From Tubiluchus corallicola (lineage: Eukaryota > Animalia > Priapulida): DNA of 64,000 bases. Location of the stretch: positions 1-64,000 of the forward strand of contig JAQGDQ010000394.1 of the NCBI GenBank assembly GCA_030141605.1, read 5' to 3'. Made by a program: the position numbers and the translations under genes. Below the pieces are notes generated by a model. The model saw only the letters and a list, made by a program, of their open reading frames with translations. It ran no database searches and had not been told where the DNA came from. Of the stretch, positions 41,239-54,619 are shown piece after piece (position 1 is the first letter of the stretch; each line of letters begins with the position of its first letter).

Positions 41239-43005
41239 GAAAAACCATCGTACCTTCTTATCATTGTCGTTGTCGTCATCACTGTCATTAGCATCATCGT
41301 TATCATTAACAAATCAGGCGTACTGTAAAATTAATACATGTAGCAAGTTACATATAGCTACATTATTCTGATGGGTGCATTATACAATTAAATGTAGCAT
41401 ATTTCACAATTAGCGTGTAGCATAGTTATTAGTAGCATAAGTTACACTATTTGGGTTGTGCATTCTGTGAAATATATGGCATCTTCAAAGTAGACTAAGT
41501 TGTTAATTTTTTCCTTTCCGAAATTGTAAATTTTTATTTTATGTGACATGCGGTAAGTCTGCCAAAATTTTCGAATTTTGTTTTTGCCAAGATTTCCTAA
41601 AACTGCGCTGGCAATGTCAGTTTCAAGCGACCGATTAAATTCGACATTCAGTTTACAATGAAATTAATTTTAGAGTGCTGTCATGCTAATATAAAATAAA
41701 TGATCAACGTTTGATGTTGCACTTTATGGGGACTTTAATACAATGTCATAGATGAGTTCATATTTACGACAACTCGTTAAAGTCATACGGCCAACAAATT
41801 ATCGATATGATCATAATTATCATTCATCGCCAATATTATCTTCTTTATTATTGCCAATAAATTTTTCATTAACTAAATAGTTTGTGAAAGTCAATGTGAT
41901 CACTATAATAGTTTTTGTATTATTTTTTTAATTTATTATTTCAGTACAATTGAACTTGTCGGACAATAACTCATTCCCATTCTGTATTTTGCAATTCGCG
42001 TGCTTTTAGTTCCACGAAGTAAACAATGTCTACTGTCTGTAAATAATTATATATTTAGTTATGTTTCTTAACATTTTCCCTGTAATTTTTAGCACTGCAA
42101 TTACTATTATCAATATTTAAATTATGGTAGGCTCGAGTCGACAACCAAACAGTTTTCACCACCCCGTATCTGTGTTTGTATTGTGTTAAAATTACATATA
42201 CTGTAATGTAATTTGATTATTGAGATGAATAAACGAATTGAATTAAATTGAATAGAATTAAATGTTTAAAAAGTTTGTGCTAAAATAAAAAAATACAAAA
42301 TAAAAAATATAATAGTGCTAAAATAGATAATCGGTAACGAGCGAACATAGGTTAGTAACAAAAGCATCTGTAATTCTGCTTAAAGCTTGTTGTACGACGA
42401 ATTATTATTCTTGCTTATATTGGTTCATGGGGATGTGTTTGTTTTACCCCGTAAAGAAGTTTTCCATTTCTAACTGAAACAACAAACCAAGCGCGTCTCT
42501 ATTATCTGGTTTAACCCTCAATCACAAAAATCAATATTTGCATTTTCTTTATATCTGTTATAAACAAATTTACAGGATAATAGATTTCAACAAAGTCAAC
42601 CCATGACCGGTAAATTTACCAGTAAAAGTTGTTGTGCTTGTTATCTGAATTTTAAACTTCTAAGTAATCACTACTAAGTAAACATCTACACTTTTATTTC
42701 AAATTATTATCTGTTATGGACGTTGCTATTTTATAGCTTAAAATTTTTTCACATTATTGTATTTTCCGAAGTCACGACTTTGGGCAAACTGATACAGAAT
42801 TGTTGCAAAGATTAGTGATTCGTGTGATTAGTGTTTCGATATTTTCTCAGGTCTGCCGTGACGTCGTTTCTGTTACAGTGATATTGACTTTAACATTCTT
42901 ACGTTGTGCAACAACTCACTCTTTCATTAACTCACTTGTCAAATAAGACATTTTTAAGGAGGAAATTTATGAAAATATTGAAGATTTTTAATTGTTATCG
43001 GAAAG

Positions 43006-45279
43006 ATGTCAAGATGTATGGTGCCAAAAAGCTCTGTGAAGAGTTTTATTATGATGTTTATGATGTTAATTGTTGTGGAGTTGGCAGCTTCAGAAGGTAA
43101 GTTTAATTGACTACAAAATGTTTAATTTAATTTACCTCCTTACAATAGTAACCTTAACGCTTTCATATTAACAAGTGACAGATATATCAGTACCGGTTAT
43201 CACGCGATTATTATGTGTAGGCTTATATAGCTTTATTTGTTAAATTTTTACAATTTTACTATACTGTTACTACATAAATTGTATTAAGAGCGCTTTGAAA
43301 CCTCAGTAGATTCTACAGTACAGGTGCATAAATGTTTTTTCTAACTTTTTTTACTTTACGAAGCAAATGTTTATGCGTTTTGGTTTGTGAAAAAACTGTG
43401 AAAGATGCCCTCGTTTATAATACTTTGCAAAGCATTTTGTGCATCTCATACTGACCGTGAATCGTCTTACTTCATAATCTAAACTCTTATTTGAACATTA
43501 TAGACACTTTCTTATCATCGACTTACTGTCTTTTTTTAATTCATTTTAGATTGTCCACCTGGTCCACCTGGACCACCGGGACCTCCAGGGCCACGTGGAA
43601 GGCGAGGTCGACGCGGTCCGCAAGGAGTACCTGGGGATCTAGGACAACCAGGCCAACCAGGTGATCCTGGAACTCCTGGCCCCCCTGGGCCCTTAGGTTC
43701 ACCAGGACCTCCAGGAGACCCGGGGCCTGTAGGACCTGTGGGGCCAGTTGGACCAACGGGCTCGCCTGGAGAACCTGGACCTACTGGTCCCGTGGGAGCA
43801 ACGGGCGAACCCGGTCCACCTGGACCTACAGGTGAGCCTGGGCCTGCAGGCCCCACAGGACCTCCTGGAGTGCCTGGTAATCCAGGACCTATGGGGCTAC
43901 AGGGTGATCCTGGAGAACCAGGTCTGGATGGAACACCTGGTGCGCCTGGGCCAAATGGTCCTCCTGGTAAACGTGGGTTCAGAGGATGGCCGGGAAATGA
44001 TGGCTACCCAGGAAAGCCAGGTAGCTGTAACTTTCTTAATATAAAACCTGACCTGATTAAAGACGACGCAGTATTATACTCTAGTGTTGCTATATCACAA
44101 TATGAAAGACTGCGATAGATGTGATATGTTGTGACGTTGCATGTCGTGATGTAACTGGTAAAGCTGTGACATAGTAGATACAAGAAACACGATGCGGCAT
44201 AACTTGATGTAATGTGGAATGGCATGGCCTGGCATTTCAGGAAATGACTTTCCACCATTTTATTCTTATAACGTAGCGCAGTCAGCAGAATCTATAGTAT
44301 AGCATCTAAAATATAGTAGTCTGTTACAACATAGTAAAATTATAACTGGACCTTAGACACATTGTCAAGTGTGAACAATAATAATAGTGGAATTTCTATT
44401 GTGTTTTTCTTGGTCCAGCAGTAGGCTACTGTAAGCTTTGTTAAGGTTTGTTGGCACAATATCTTCGTTTTTTTTGTTTGTAGATAGCCTTGAGAATTTT
44501 ATCAAAATTCAAAACTGATTAGAAACTATTGTAATCTTTTCATACCGTTTCCAATAACATTTTAGTGCACAAAGCAGACCTGCACTCAGTTATTTAGTGT
44601 CAAATTGTAAAGCCTTGCGTAACTTTTATTTTTGAATAACTTTTTTTATTTTAACGTTAGTATGTATTTATGAGTGACTTGGGTTTTGTACTAAATGGCA
44701 TTTTAATGGCGTAACTCTATCATTTGCTTTAACTCTTGCATTTTCTAGTGTAACAAATCCTTTGCGGCTATTCTGTTTCGTATCAGTTTTAACTGTTTTG
44801 TTGAATATAGTAATCTATATGATATAGGTGTTCACAAAACTTATTTCTAGGCATTGCTTAATGGCACTAAACCTTTGCAATCACATTTAGGTAACCCAGC
44901 TATACTTTATGTATGGCATTTGTACGAGCCAGCTTCCCACATGGTGGACAACCAACACCACGTCAACAATTACGCAGCTGCGCCCTCTTCAGGGCAAAGA
45001 ACAAAAATCTATGATCCCGAAGATGTGTTGCGCCAGTATGCCCATAAAGAACTCGATATTATAGACAGAAAACAGATCATACCGGGCTTACTCACTGAAC
45101 ACTCTGCTGAAATTGAAGCCAGACTGCGCCAGCGGCAACATGGTTCTGATAATGTCGACGAATATCACAATTTAATGACTCAGAAACAGCGACAACAACA
45201 GCAGCAGCTGTCATCGTGGTTACAGTTTCAAAAGCACGAGCGGCAACGTCAACACCAATTACGATTACATAAAAGTTAA
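43006..45279 (+). CDS. Short secreted collagen-like protein, paralog 3 (~316 aa, 52 Gly-X-Y triplets)
   Basis: Exons 43006-43096 ([30 protein letters not shown]), 43550-44020 ([23 protein letters not shown]...[12 protein letters not shown]), 44891-45279 ([13 protein letters not shown]...). Phase 1-1 GT-AG; 951 nt open. Confidence 0.87.
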
Positions 45280-46174
45280 TTTTTCTGTTCCATTTTATTT
45301 TCAATTAAAGAACAGGAAAGGTTTCAGAAAAATCGCCTTAAGAAATTGTTACTTTACAGCAATTTTATGCGCATATCGTACTCGCGTTAAAAGGGTTTTA
45401 AATGCATGTTAAACTATGTCCCAAAAAACTTTCCATGTAAAATCATATTACTTAGCATTTCGCTTACCTGCTTGAAAGACTTATGTAACTAGAAAAGATA
45501 ATTATTTATTATGTATAATGCTTTTACCAATTGGTAAAATCTCGCTGATTCACCCTCCAGGGTGCACCACTCACTAACCAGAAACGTATTTTTAAACGTA
45601 TTTGTAGCTACTGGCACCTACAATGATTTGATAAGTAATATATTTAACTGTATGTTTGATATGTATCTACACTTAAATAGATCTTCTGTAATCGAAATGA
45701 ACTATCTTAAAAGTTCCAGTGAAGAACTAACAAAGAGCATAAAATTTGAGTTTTTATTTAATTAAAAAAAAGAAAATAATACAAGAAATTCAAAATAACT
45801 AGATTAAAATTTAGATTTTCTTGAAAATAGTTTGACGATGAAGAAAAGAATGATAACATTGATGTTCCGTCACTCGCTTAATAATACATTAGACGCCACT
45901 TAATAGACTCACTTTCCAGATCGTAAACAACACAGGAATAAGATAAAAAAGCCTCGCACTCTTAAACATCCGTCATTGAAAGGCGTAAGTACATAGAATT
46001 CTATTATTGTGGTCGTTCGCATTACTTTTTAAATGTACAGGGTGGATGCAAAAAAGCTGTTTTGTTTAAACTGTGTTAAAGTCTCAAAATTTTGGATTTT
46101 TTTAAAACTTGGTTGCATTCAAAATGCACCTGTTTTCTTAGTAAAAAGTCTTACTCCAGTGAAAAGAGAAATGT

Positions 46175-46560
<386 letters not shown>

Positions 46561-47025
46561 GACTACTTTACGCTTAATTGCTTGGCTATCACTGGGTGAG
46601 TTATTTAAAAATGCCTTGCTAGAAAACATTACAACACAAAGACCAAAAGAAAAACCATAACAAAATCTATACTAAGGTTCCCAAAACATAGGAATTTATT
46701 TGTAAGGGAATATAACGATCGTAGGCTATTAAAACAGGTCTACTAAATCACTAAAATTATTAACAGGTCAAATAATACTAAACTGATTTTTCAAGACATT
46801 AATTTACTTTGTCAAGATTATAAGCATATTTATTTTTCAGTCTACAGAGGAAAAGAGTGGTAAAATAATAAACAACTCTTAATATGAAATACAAATAATC
46901 ACTGATGGTTTTTGCGAGAGGAAGCCAGTTATAATAATGAATAAAAGCAATTCACTTAAATCACTTTAAGGGTTTCAATTTTTAGATCATAACTTCTGTG
47001 ACGTGTAACATTTTTATTGTTTTTA

Positions 47026-49177
47026 CTAAAAAAGCACCGCGACGATGAGAAGAAAAATGGCGACTGAAACAATGGCTTGTCGATGAATCACGCCATCTAC
47101 TTTTGGCAACACCTCAGGACAGCAAATGTTTTTTAATTTGGCTCCTTGAACTGTCAAATTATTCTCATCTGTGCAGTCGATGATTGACGACATCCACTTC
47201 TTATCCAATGCCCACTTAATGGAACAGTCGCAGACTAAATCGTTTTCTGCAACAGACGGACAAACAAAGTAATAAAATTCAACAAGAGAATTGATGCAAA
47301 ACATGTGAAAAGTGCTGGCTTAGTTATCTCACAAAATAAAGAGTTGTGTAATAAAATATTTTTCGTTTTCTTTCTGTTTTTCTTTCTATTCTAAGAAAAA
47401 ATGCAACAAATGAAGTCACTTCAGTGAGTCTAACAAACTATGAAATAATTCGTAATGGCTGAATAGATATAATTCATAAAAATAAGAAAAAAAGAAAGAG
47501 TTCACGCGTTTCAATTGGCTGATAGTCTAATTAACTGTCGAATCTAAAACCTTAATACTTGTTAAATTTTTGACTGCAATAATATTTCTATCGATTTCTT
47601 ATCCGTCATCTTAGCGTCATGTTAGTGTTTGTATTATTATTACGATAATACTATTGCATGCGGGGCTCTAACACCATTAATTCAGTGGCAAAGGGGGTGA
47701 ATTTTGGGCTACCTTGACCCACTGGGGAGGCGGTGGCTTAGTGGCATAAGGCGTCTGTAGTGTAAACAAAAGATTCATAGTTCAAATCTAGGCTGAGTTC
47801 CAACTTTTTCACATGTTTTCACGGTTTTACGATTTGTAATAGTACTATGAACTCTCCTCGTTCCCTGTAGTTTGTGGTCAAAGGCGTCTTTAATATATTG
47901 AAGAAATAGCGGCTAAAATTTACAATTCCCCACATACAACAAATTAGTTCGTGAATAGGATTAAGCTTAGAGTTATGAGCCAAGGCTGTTTGGGGGTTAC
48001 GGCTAGGCTTAGGGTTATGGTTAGGGTATTATGCTGTATTTGTGTCACTCAGAGCACGTTAACTGAGAGCCTGGAAGCAGTTTATAATTCTCCACAGAGT
48101 TTAAATACCCTGACCTTATCCTAAGCTTAACCGCAACCCTAGCCCTAACCCTAAACTTAACTTTAACACTACCCCATCTCTAACCCAATTCTAATCCTAT
48201 CCCTAATCCTAGCCCAAACCCTATTCCTACTCCTAACCCTAAGTCTAACCCCAACCTTATCCCCAATCTTAACCCTAATTCTAATCCGCTTCCTGAAGTA
48301 ATTTCATATGTAGGGAATAGTAAAGCTTTAGCGGAGAGTTTAAAACATTTAGAAAAACTACTCAAACTATGAAAAAAATGATTTAATGTAAATAGAAATT
48401 AAAACTAAAATCGATAAGAATGTCAACTCATCGTTTTGATCGCTGACCAGCAATGCCTGACCATCATTAAAGATCGCAAACTTGTATTGTTTTTCGTTTT
48501 ATTTTGTAAAAACAATATATCAATGACGTTAATTTCAATCAGCATATGTTATTTTTTATGTCTAAAAGCCGTTTGTTGCTTGGCGATGGCGATATGTTTT
48601 ACTTACGGGTAAGCTCTAATGTAATTTCCCCCTTTAGTGCACTCCGGTCCAGTTCAATCTCTTCAATTCTTTCCAAAGCCCAATTGTCGCTTATGAAGAT
48701 CTTTTTGATGTCCGCACTATAGTGCAACTTCGTCGACACGTTCTGCAGGGCGTGGTTACCCACTATGTTGACTTCACCAAACTTTCCGTTCTTAGAGTTA
48801 AACGTACTCAGCCAGATCTTTTCCAGCTCCTCATTCTCTACGATATGAAGGTCTTTCATCAGTATAATGGGTTGTGGATCGTCCGGCCTTCCTATCTCCT
48901 TCAGGGAGGGACAGTTGACAATGCGCAAAGACCCGATCGTCTTTCCTTTAAGAAAATTTTCCGGGAACAACTCGTCCATATACCATTCAATAATAAGAAC
49001 ACTGAGTTTGGAAGGTAGCCCGGCATCAATTTCGTTCATTTTTTCTTTGTTTATTTGCCCTTCCGCACTTCCGCACTGTACCACGCTGCAATTGCTTTGG
49101 TATGTGCATTCATCGTATTTTGTACAGCTTTCAAGTGTACCTAAGCAAAGGCACAAGAGGAATACTGTTCTCTGCAT
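47026..49177 (-). CDS. Small leucine-rich-repeat cell-surface protein, probably GPI-anchored (~263 aa, 2 exons)
   Basis: Exons 49177-48607 (alternative ATG 49192) and 47246-47026, phase 1, GTAAGT/TTGCAG. Signal peptide TVFLLCLCLGTLES, Cys-rich cap, divergent LRRs (SLRIVNCPSLKEI, DLHIVENEELEKI, KIFISDNWALERI). The junction creates LRRCT LTQNDLVCDCSIKW; the protein ends in a hydrophobic tail with no cytoplasmic residues. Confidence 0.8.
47729..47802 (+). mobile_element. tRNA-derived SINE-like head in the LRR gene intron
   Basis: A-box-like TGGCTTAGTGG and B-box-like AGTTCAAATC at tRNA-like spacing; stems do not pair as a real tRNA. Confidence 0.5.
47955..48290. repeat. Degenerate telomere-like hexamer tracts, TTAGGG-type followed by CCCTAA-type
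   Basis: GGCTTAGGGTTATGGTTAGGG near 48005-48027 and CCCTAACCCTAA-like array 48107-48285. Confidence 0.7.
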
Positions 49178-49727
49178 TATTCTCCTGTACATTGCAAGCA
49201 GTAGAGCTTATAGATGGACGAACAGCAAATGGTTCTATTTAGGCGCAGTTGTGATGAAACTGTTTATAAACAAAACGCTGTATGGCAACAAATGCAATTC
49301 TTCTTATTACGTCGGCAACATAGCTACGAGTAAGCTTCTGTTCTTGGAAAAATTGTTGCTAACTCGTTTAGACAGAAAAAGAGACATCTTGAACGTATAA
49401 GGCAAAAAATGTGAAACTAACTTCCTCAAAACAGTTGCTCAATTATGAAACCAGCTAAATTAGCTAACATTCATTTTTTTGAACACACATTCAACAATGA
49501 TGATTACACGGAAATGGCTAATTTTGAAACATATTGCGGTTGAATACGAACTGACTCGGTTAATCATTAGCGAAAATGTAAGCAAAATTTAAGGGTGAAC
49601 TGACTTTTGTTATGACGCGTTCATACGCCACAGAGTAGGGTCTGATAACGAAACTTTTTTTATCTAGTCTTTTTTACACCTTTTCCTAATTTAAATGTTT
49701 CATGAGATACTAACATGGGTAAATTTT

Positions 49728-49879
49728 CAGCTAGATTTCGCTTTAGGAATACGTGTTGCCACTCATGTTAATATTTCGGAAGTATGTTCATTTAAGTAGC
49801 AAAGCAACTGTATAAATCAACATGATTCCGAAATCTTATGATAAGTGGAGACACGTCTTCTAACTGAAATCTAGGCTGG
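49728..49879. repeat. Imperfect inverted repeat (~66-bp arms, ~18-nt loop)
   Basis: CAGCTAGATTTC...ATTTCGGAAGTATGTTCATTTA pairs with TAAATCAACATGATTCCGAAAT...GAAATCTAGGCTG. Confidence 0.8.
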
Positions 49880-51304
49880 CTCTATTTAATGCTCGTATCT
49901 AATCGGGCACTAATCTTTTAGCTATAAGTTAGCCTACATCTAATACTATTACATGTTTAGTTGATAGCGTGAGCTCTGCCTTTTCATGAATTTCCTTCTT
50001 TTTTGGTTTTCTGGCACACGTTTTGCCAGCACTTTTAACGCACTACTTGATTCCACTTGTTTATGTTGCACAATATCTACAGTTGAGATATATACTAAAA
50101 CATACAATATTATTCCCTGCAAGATTGTTTTGTTGTGGAATACCTGTGTTATAGAACCAAAAGTGGCACATTACTTCTCTTTTTATCCTTTATTACTTTA
50201 CTACTATATTCTTTATTACTACTATGCTTTCACCAAAATGCCTAAAATAGACATCATTTTGTTACAGAATATAACATCTAAAATATTACCGATTATTATA
50301 CATATATATAACAAATTTTGTCAATACTCGTTTTCTTAATTTTTGTAAATATACAAATTTTGTAAAAAACCTGTGTCTCGTGGTTTTGTTAATTTCCAGC
50401 AATTTTATAATATTGTATTTCTTTTTTCATATTAGTAGGCGACGCTGCTGCCAATATTCAGTCAGTGGAAAACGTTGTATATGATTTGTATTGTATTAAA
50501 ATTACATATACTGTAATGTAATGCAGTTATTGAGATAAATAAACGGATTGAATGAAATTGAATGGAATTAAACGTTTAAAAAGTTTATGCTAAAATAAAA
50601 AAATGCAAAATTAAAAATAAAAACAATAATATAATAGTGCTAAAATAGATAATCGGTAACGAGCGAACATAGGTTAGTAACAAAAGCATCTGTAATTCTG
50701 CTTAAAGCTTGTTGTACGACGAATTATTATTCTTGCTTATATTGGTTCATGGGGATGTGTTTGTTTTACCCCGTAAAGAAGTTTTCCATTTGTAACTGAA
50801 ACAACAAACCAAGTGCGTCTCTGTTATCTGGTTTAACCCTTAATCACAAAAATCAATATTTGCATTTTCTTTATATCTGTTATAAACAAATTTACAGGAG
50901 AATAGATTTCAACAAAGTCAACTCATGACCAATTTACCAGTAAATATTGTTGTGCATGTTATTTGACTTTTAAACTTCTAAGTAATCACTACTAAGTAAA
51001 CATCTACACCTTTATTTGAGATTATCATCTGTTATGGACATTGCTATTTTATAGCTTAAAATTTTTCAAATTATTGTATTTTCCGAAGTCACGACATTGG
51101 GCAAACTGATACAGAATTGCTGTAAAGATTAGTGATTCGTGTTTTCTTATGTCTGCCATGACGTCTTTCTGTTACAGTGATATTGACTCTAACATTCTTA
51201 CGTTGTGCAACAACTCACTCTTTCATTAACTCACTTGTCAAATAAGTCATTTTTAAGGAGGAAATTTATGAAAATATTGAAGATTTTTAATTGTTATCAG
51301 AAAG

Positions 51305-54300
51305 ATGTCAAGATGTATAGTGGCAAAAAGCTCTGTGAAGAGTTTGATTATGATGTTTATGATGTTAATTGTTGTGGAGTTGGCAGCTTCAGAAGGTAAG
51401 TTTAATTGACTACAAAATGTAACCTTAACGCTTTCATATTAACAAGTGACAGATATATCAGTACCGGTTATCACGCGATTATTATGTGTAGGCTTACATA
51501 GCTTTATTTGTTACATTTTTACAATTTTACTATACTATTACTACATAAATTGTATTAAGAGCGCTTTGAAACCTCAGTAGATTCACAGTACAGGTGCATA
51601 AATGTTTTTTCTAACTTTTTTTACTTTACGAAGCAAATGTTTATGCGTTTTGGTTTGTGAAAAAACTGTGAAAGATGCCCTCGTTTATATTACTTTGCAA
51701 AGCATTTTTTGCATCTCATACTGACCGTGAATCGTCTTACTTCATAATCTAAACTCTTATTTGAACATTATTGACACTTTCTTATCATCGACTTACTGTC
51801 TTTTTAATTCATTTTAGATCGTCCACCTGGTCCACTGGGACCTCGAAAACCAGGCCAACCGGGTGATCTTGGAACCCCTGGCCCCTGGGCCCTTAGGTTC
51901 ACCAGGACCTCCAGGAGACTTGGGGCGTGGAAGGAACTGCAGGGCCAGTTGGACCAACGGGTTTGCCTGGAAAGCCAGGACCTACTGGTCCCGTGGGAGC
52001 AACTGGCGAACCCAGTCTACCGGGACTTACAGGTGAGCCTGGGCCTGAAGGCCCCACGGGACCTCCTGGAGTGCCTGGTAATCTAGAACCTATGTATCCT
52101 GTCTTAACTTTTTAATTAATTTTAGATTGTCCACCTGGTCCACCTGGACCACCGGTACCTCGACAACCAGGCCTACCGGGTGATCCTGGAACCCCTGGCT
52201 CCCCTGGGCCCTTAGGTTCACCAAGACCTCCATCTGGTTTCTTAAGCCTGCATCAGTTAACGTTGACATTATTGATGCATTACCCATCTGGTTTCCTAAG
52301 ACTACATCAGTTCACGTTGACACTATTCATGTGTTACCCATCTGGTTTCCTAAGACTGCATCAGTTCACGTTGACATTAATGATGTGTTACCCATCTGGA
52401 TTCCTAAGACTACATCAATTCACGTTGACATTAATGACGCGTTACCCATCTGGTTTCTTAAGACTACATCAGTTCACATTGACATTATTGACGTGTTACC
52501 CATCTGGTTTCCTAAAACTACATCAGTTCACGTTGACATTAATGATGCGTTACCCATCTTTTGTCCACAGTTTCTATATGAGTGCTTATAGTGCGACCCT
52601 TCCGTCAACAAAGAAATTTCTTACAACAGCATTAAATCTAATTATGGCAGATAAGAATCAAAGTCTTCAGGACAGATACAGTAAACGAAAAGTAAAACGC
52701 TGGCGAGTCATACAGAGAACAACGGGCAACAAATTCAATTTCAAAGACAGTTAGCACAAAGTTGTAGATAGGTAATTTATCGACGCTTATTTAGTACGCT
52801 ATATTACATGCACACGCCACAGGTACGCTAAAATAGGGGGCGCTAAAATACTAAAGGCCCTATTTTTTCTTGTATTTCATTAGATACTTTCAGAAACTAG
52901 TAAATCAACTTATGTAGTGTTTGAACATCAAATACGAAATTTTTCGTGTTCTAAAATTTTAAGTTTCGCATACATAGCTTATGCAGAAGAAATCTCTTTT
53001 ACCTGACATAATTACGTATTTGTTGGTATAATAACTTGGCAATCGCTGTTCTCTTATAGATTATCTGCCCGGCCCACTAAAATTTCCAGTGAGTGCAGGT
53101 CCATGTGGTCCACAAGGAAAGCAAGGTCGACCTGGAATTCCAGGACAACAAGGAGAGCCCGGCCCAGAAGGCTTTTCTGAGAGAGATGGGACACCGGGAC
53201 CACCAGGGCCTATTGGCCCAACAGGACCAGCAGGGCCTGAAGGACCTCCTGGTTCCGTTGGACCACAAGGAGAACCAGGACTTACTGGACTTACAGGGGA
53301 AAGAGGACCCCCAGGACCAATGGGAAAAGATGGCGATCCAGGCCCCATGGGATTACAAGGTGATCCTGGAGAACCAGGTATGGATGGAACACCTGGTGCG
53401 CCTGGGCCAAATGGTCCTCCTGGAAAACGTGGGTTCAGAGGATGGCCTGGAAATGATTGCTACCCAGGAAAGCCAGGTAGCTGTAACTTTCTTAATATAA
53501 AACCTGACCTGATTAAATACGACGCAGTATTATACTCTAGTGTTGCTATATCACAATATGAAAGACTGCAATAGATACGACATGTTGTGACGTTGCACGT
53601 CGTGATGTAACTGGTAAAGCTGTGACACCCAGTGAAACACGACACGGCATAACTTGATGTAATATGGAATGGCATAGGCTGGCATTTCAGGACATGACTT
53701 TCCACCATTTTATTCTTATAACACAGCGCAGTCAGCAGAATCTATAGTATAGCATCTAAAATATAGTAGTCTGTTACAACATACTAAAATTATAGCGGGA
53801 CCTTAGACACATTGTCAAGTGTGGACAATAATAATAGTGGAATTTCTATTGTGTTTTTCTTGGTCCAGCAGTAGGCTGCTGTAAGCTTTGTTAAGGTTTG
53901 TTGGCACAATATCTTCGTTTTTTTGTTTGTAGATAGCCTTGAGAATTTTATCAAAATTCAGAACTGATTAAAAAGTATTGTAATTTTTTCATAACGTTAG
54001 TATATATTTATGAGTGACTTGAGTTTTGTACTAAATGGCATTTTAGTGGCGTAACTCTATCATTTGCTTTAACTCTTGCATTTTCTGGAGTAACAAATCC
54101 TTTACGGCTATTCTGTTTCGTATCAGTTTTAACTGTTTTGTTGAATATAGTAATTTATATGATATAGGTGTTCACAAAACTTATTTCTAGATATTGCTTA
54201 ATGGCACTAAACCTTTGCAATCACTTTTAGGTAACCCAGCTATACTTTATGTATGGCATTTGTACGAGCCTGCTTCCCACATGGTGGACAACCAACACCA

Positions 54301-54619
54301 CGTCAACAATTACGCAGCTGCGCCCTCTTCAGGGCAAAGAACAAAAATCTATGATCCCGAAAATGTGATGGGCCAGTATGCCAATAAAGAACTCGATATT
54401 ATAGACAGAAAACAGATCATACCGGGCTTACTCACTGAACACTCTGCTGAAATTGAAGCCAGACTGCGCCAGCGGCAACATGGTTCTGATAAAGTTGACG
54501 AATATCACAATTTAATGACTCAGAAACAGCGACAACAACAGCAGCAGCTGTCATCATGGTTACAATTTCAAAAGCATGAGCGGCAACGTCAACACGAATT
54601 ACGCTTACATAAAAATTAA
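51305..54619 (+). CDS. Short collagen-like protein, paralog 4 (chimera of paralogs 3 and 1; possibly decaying)
   Basis: Exons 51305-51395, 53060-53476 and 54231-54619 splice in frame (phase 1-1). The helix has two Gly substitutions (GFSERD, GNDCYP). Splicing must skip two broken exon-2 relics. Confidence 0.6.
51818..52232 (+). pseudogene. Two broken relics of paralog-3-type collagen exon 2
   Basis: 51818-52095: acceptor retained, internal deletion, frameshift at GGCCCCTGGGCCC, truncated. 52126-52232: second acceptor plus DCPPGPP start, truncated. Confidence 0.85.
52233..52558. repeat. 54-bp tandem repeat x6 at the chimeric junction
   Basis: TCTGGTTTCCTAAGACTACATCAGTTCACGTTGACATTAATGA...TTACCCA; present as a single copy at about 28379-28432. 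Confidence 0.93.

Noticed and set aside
42906-43100. ORF MQQLTLSLTH... (also 51205-51399)
   Set aside because: Wrong frame; the signal-peptide exon is in another frame starting at 43006 (and 51305).
47729-47802. Functional tRNA gene
   Set aside because: Acceptor and anticodon stems do not pair convincingly; better explained as SINE-derived.
52263-52754. 163-aa repetitive ORF, and a 54-bp unit equal to the ancestral collagen exon size
   Set aside because: The unit derives from transposon/intron sequence at 28379 and does not encode Gly-X-Y; the length match is coincidental.
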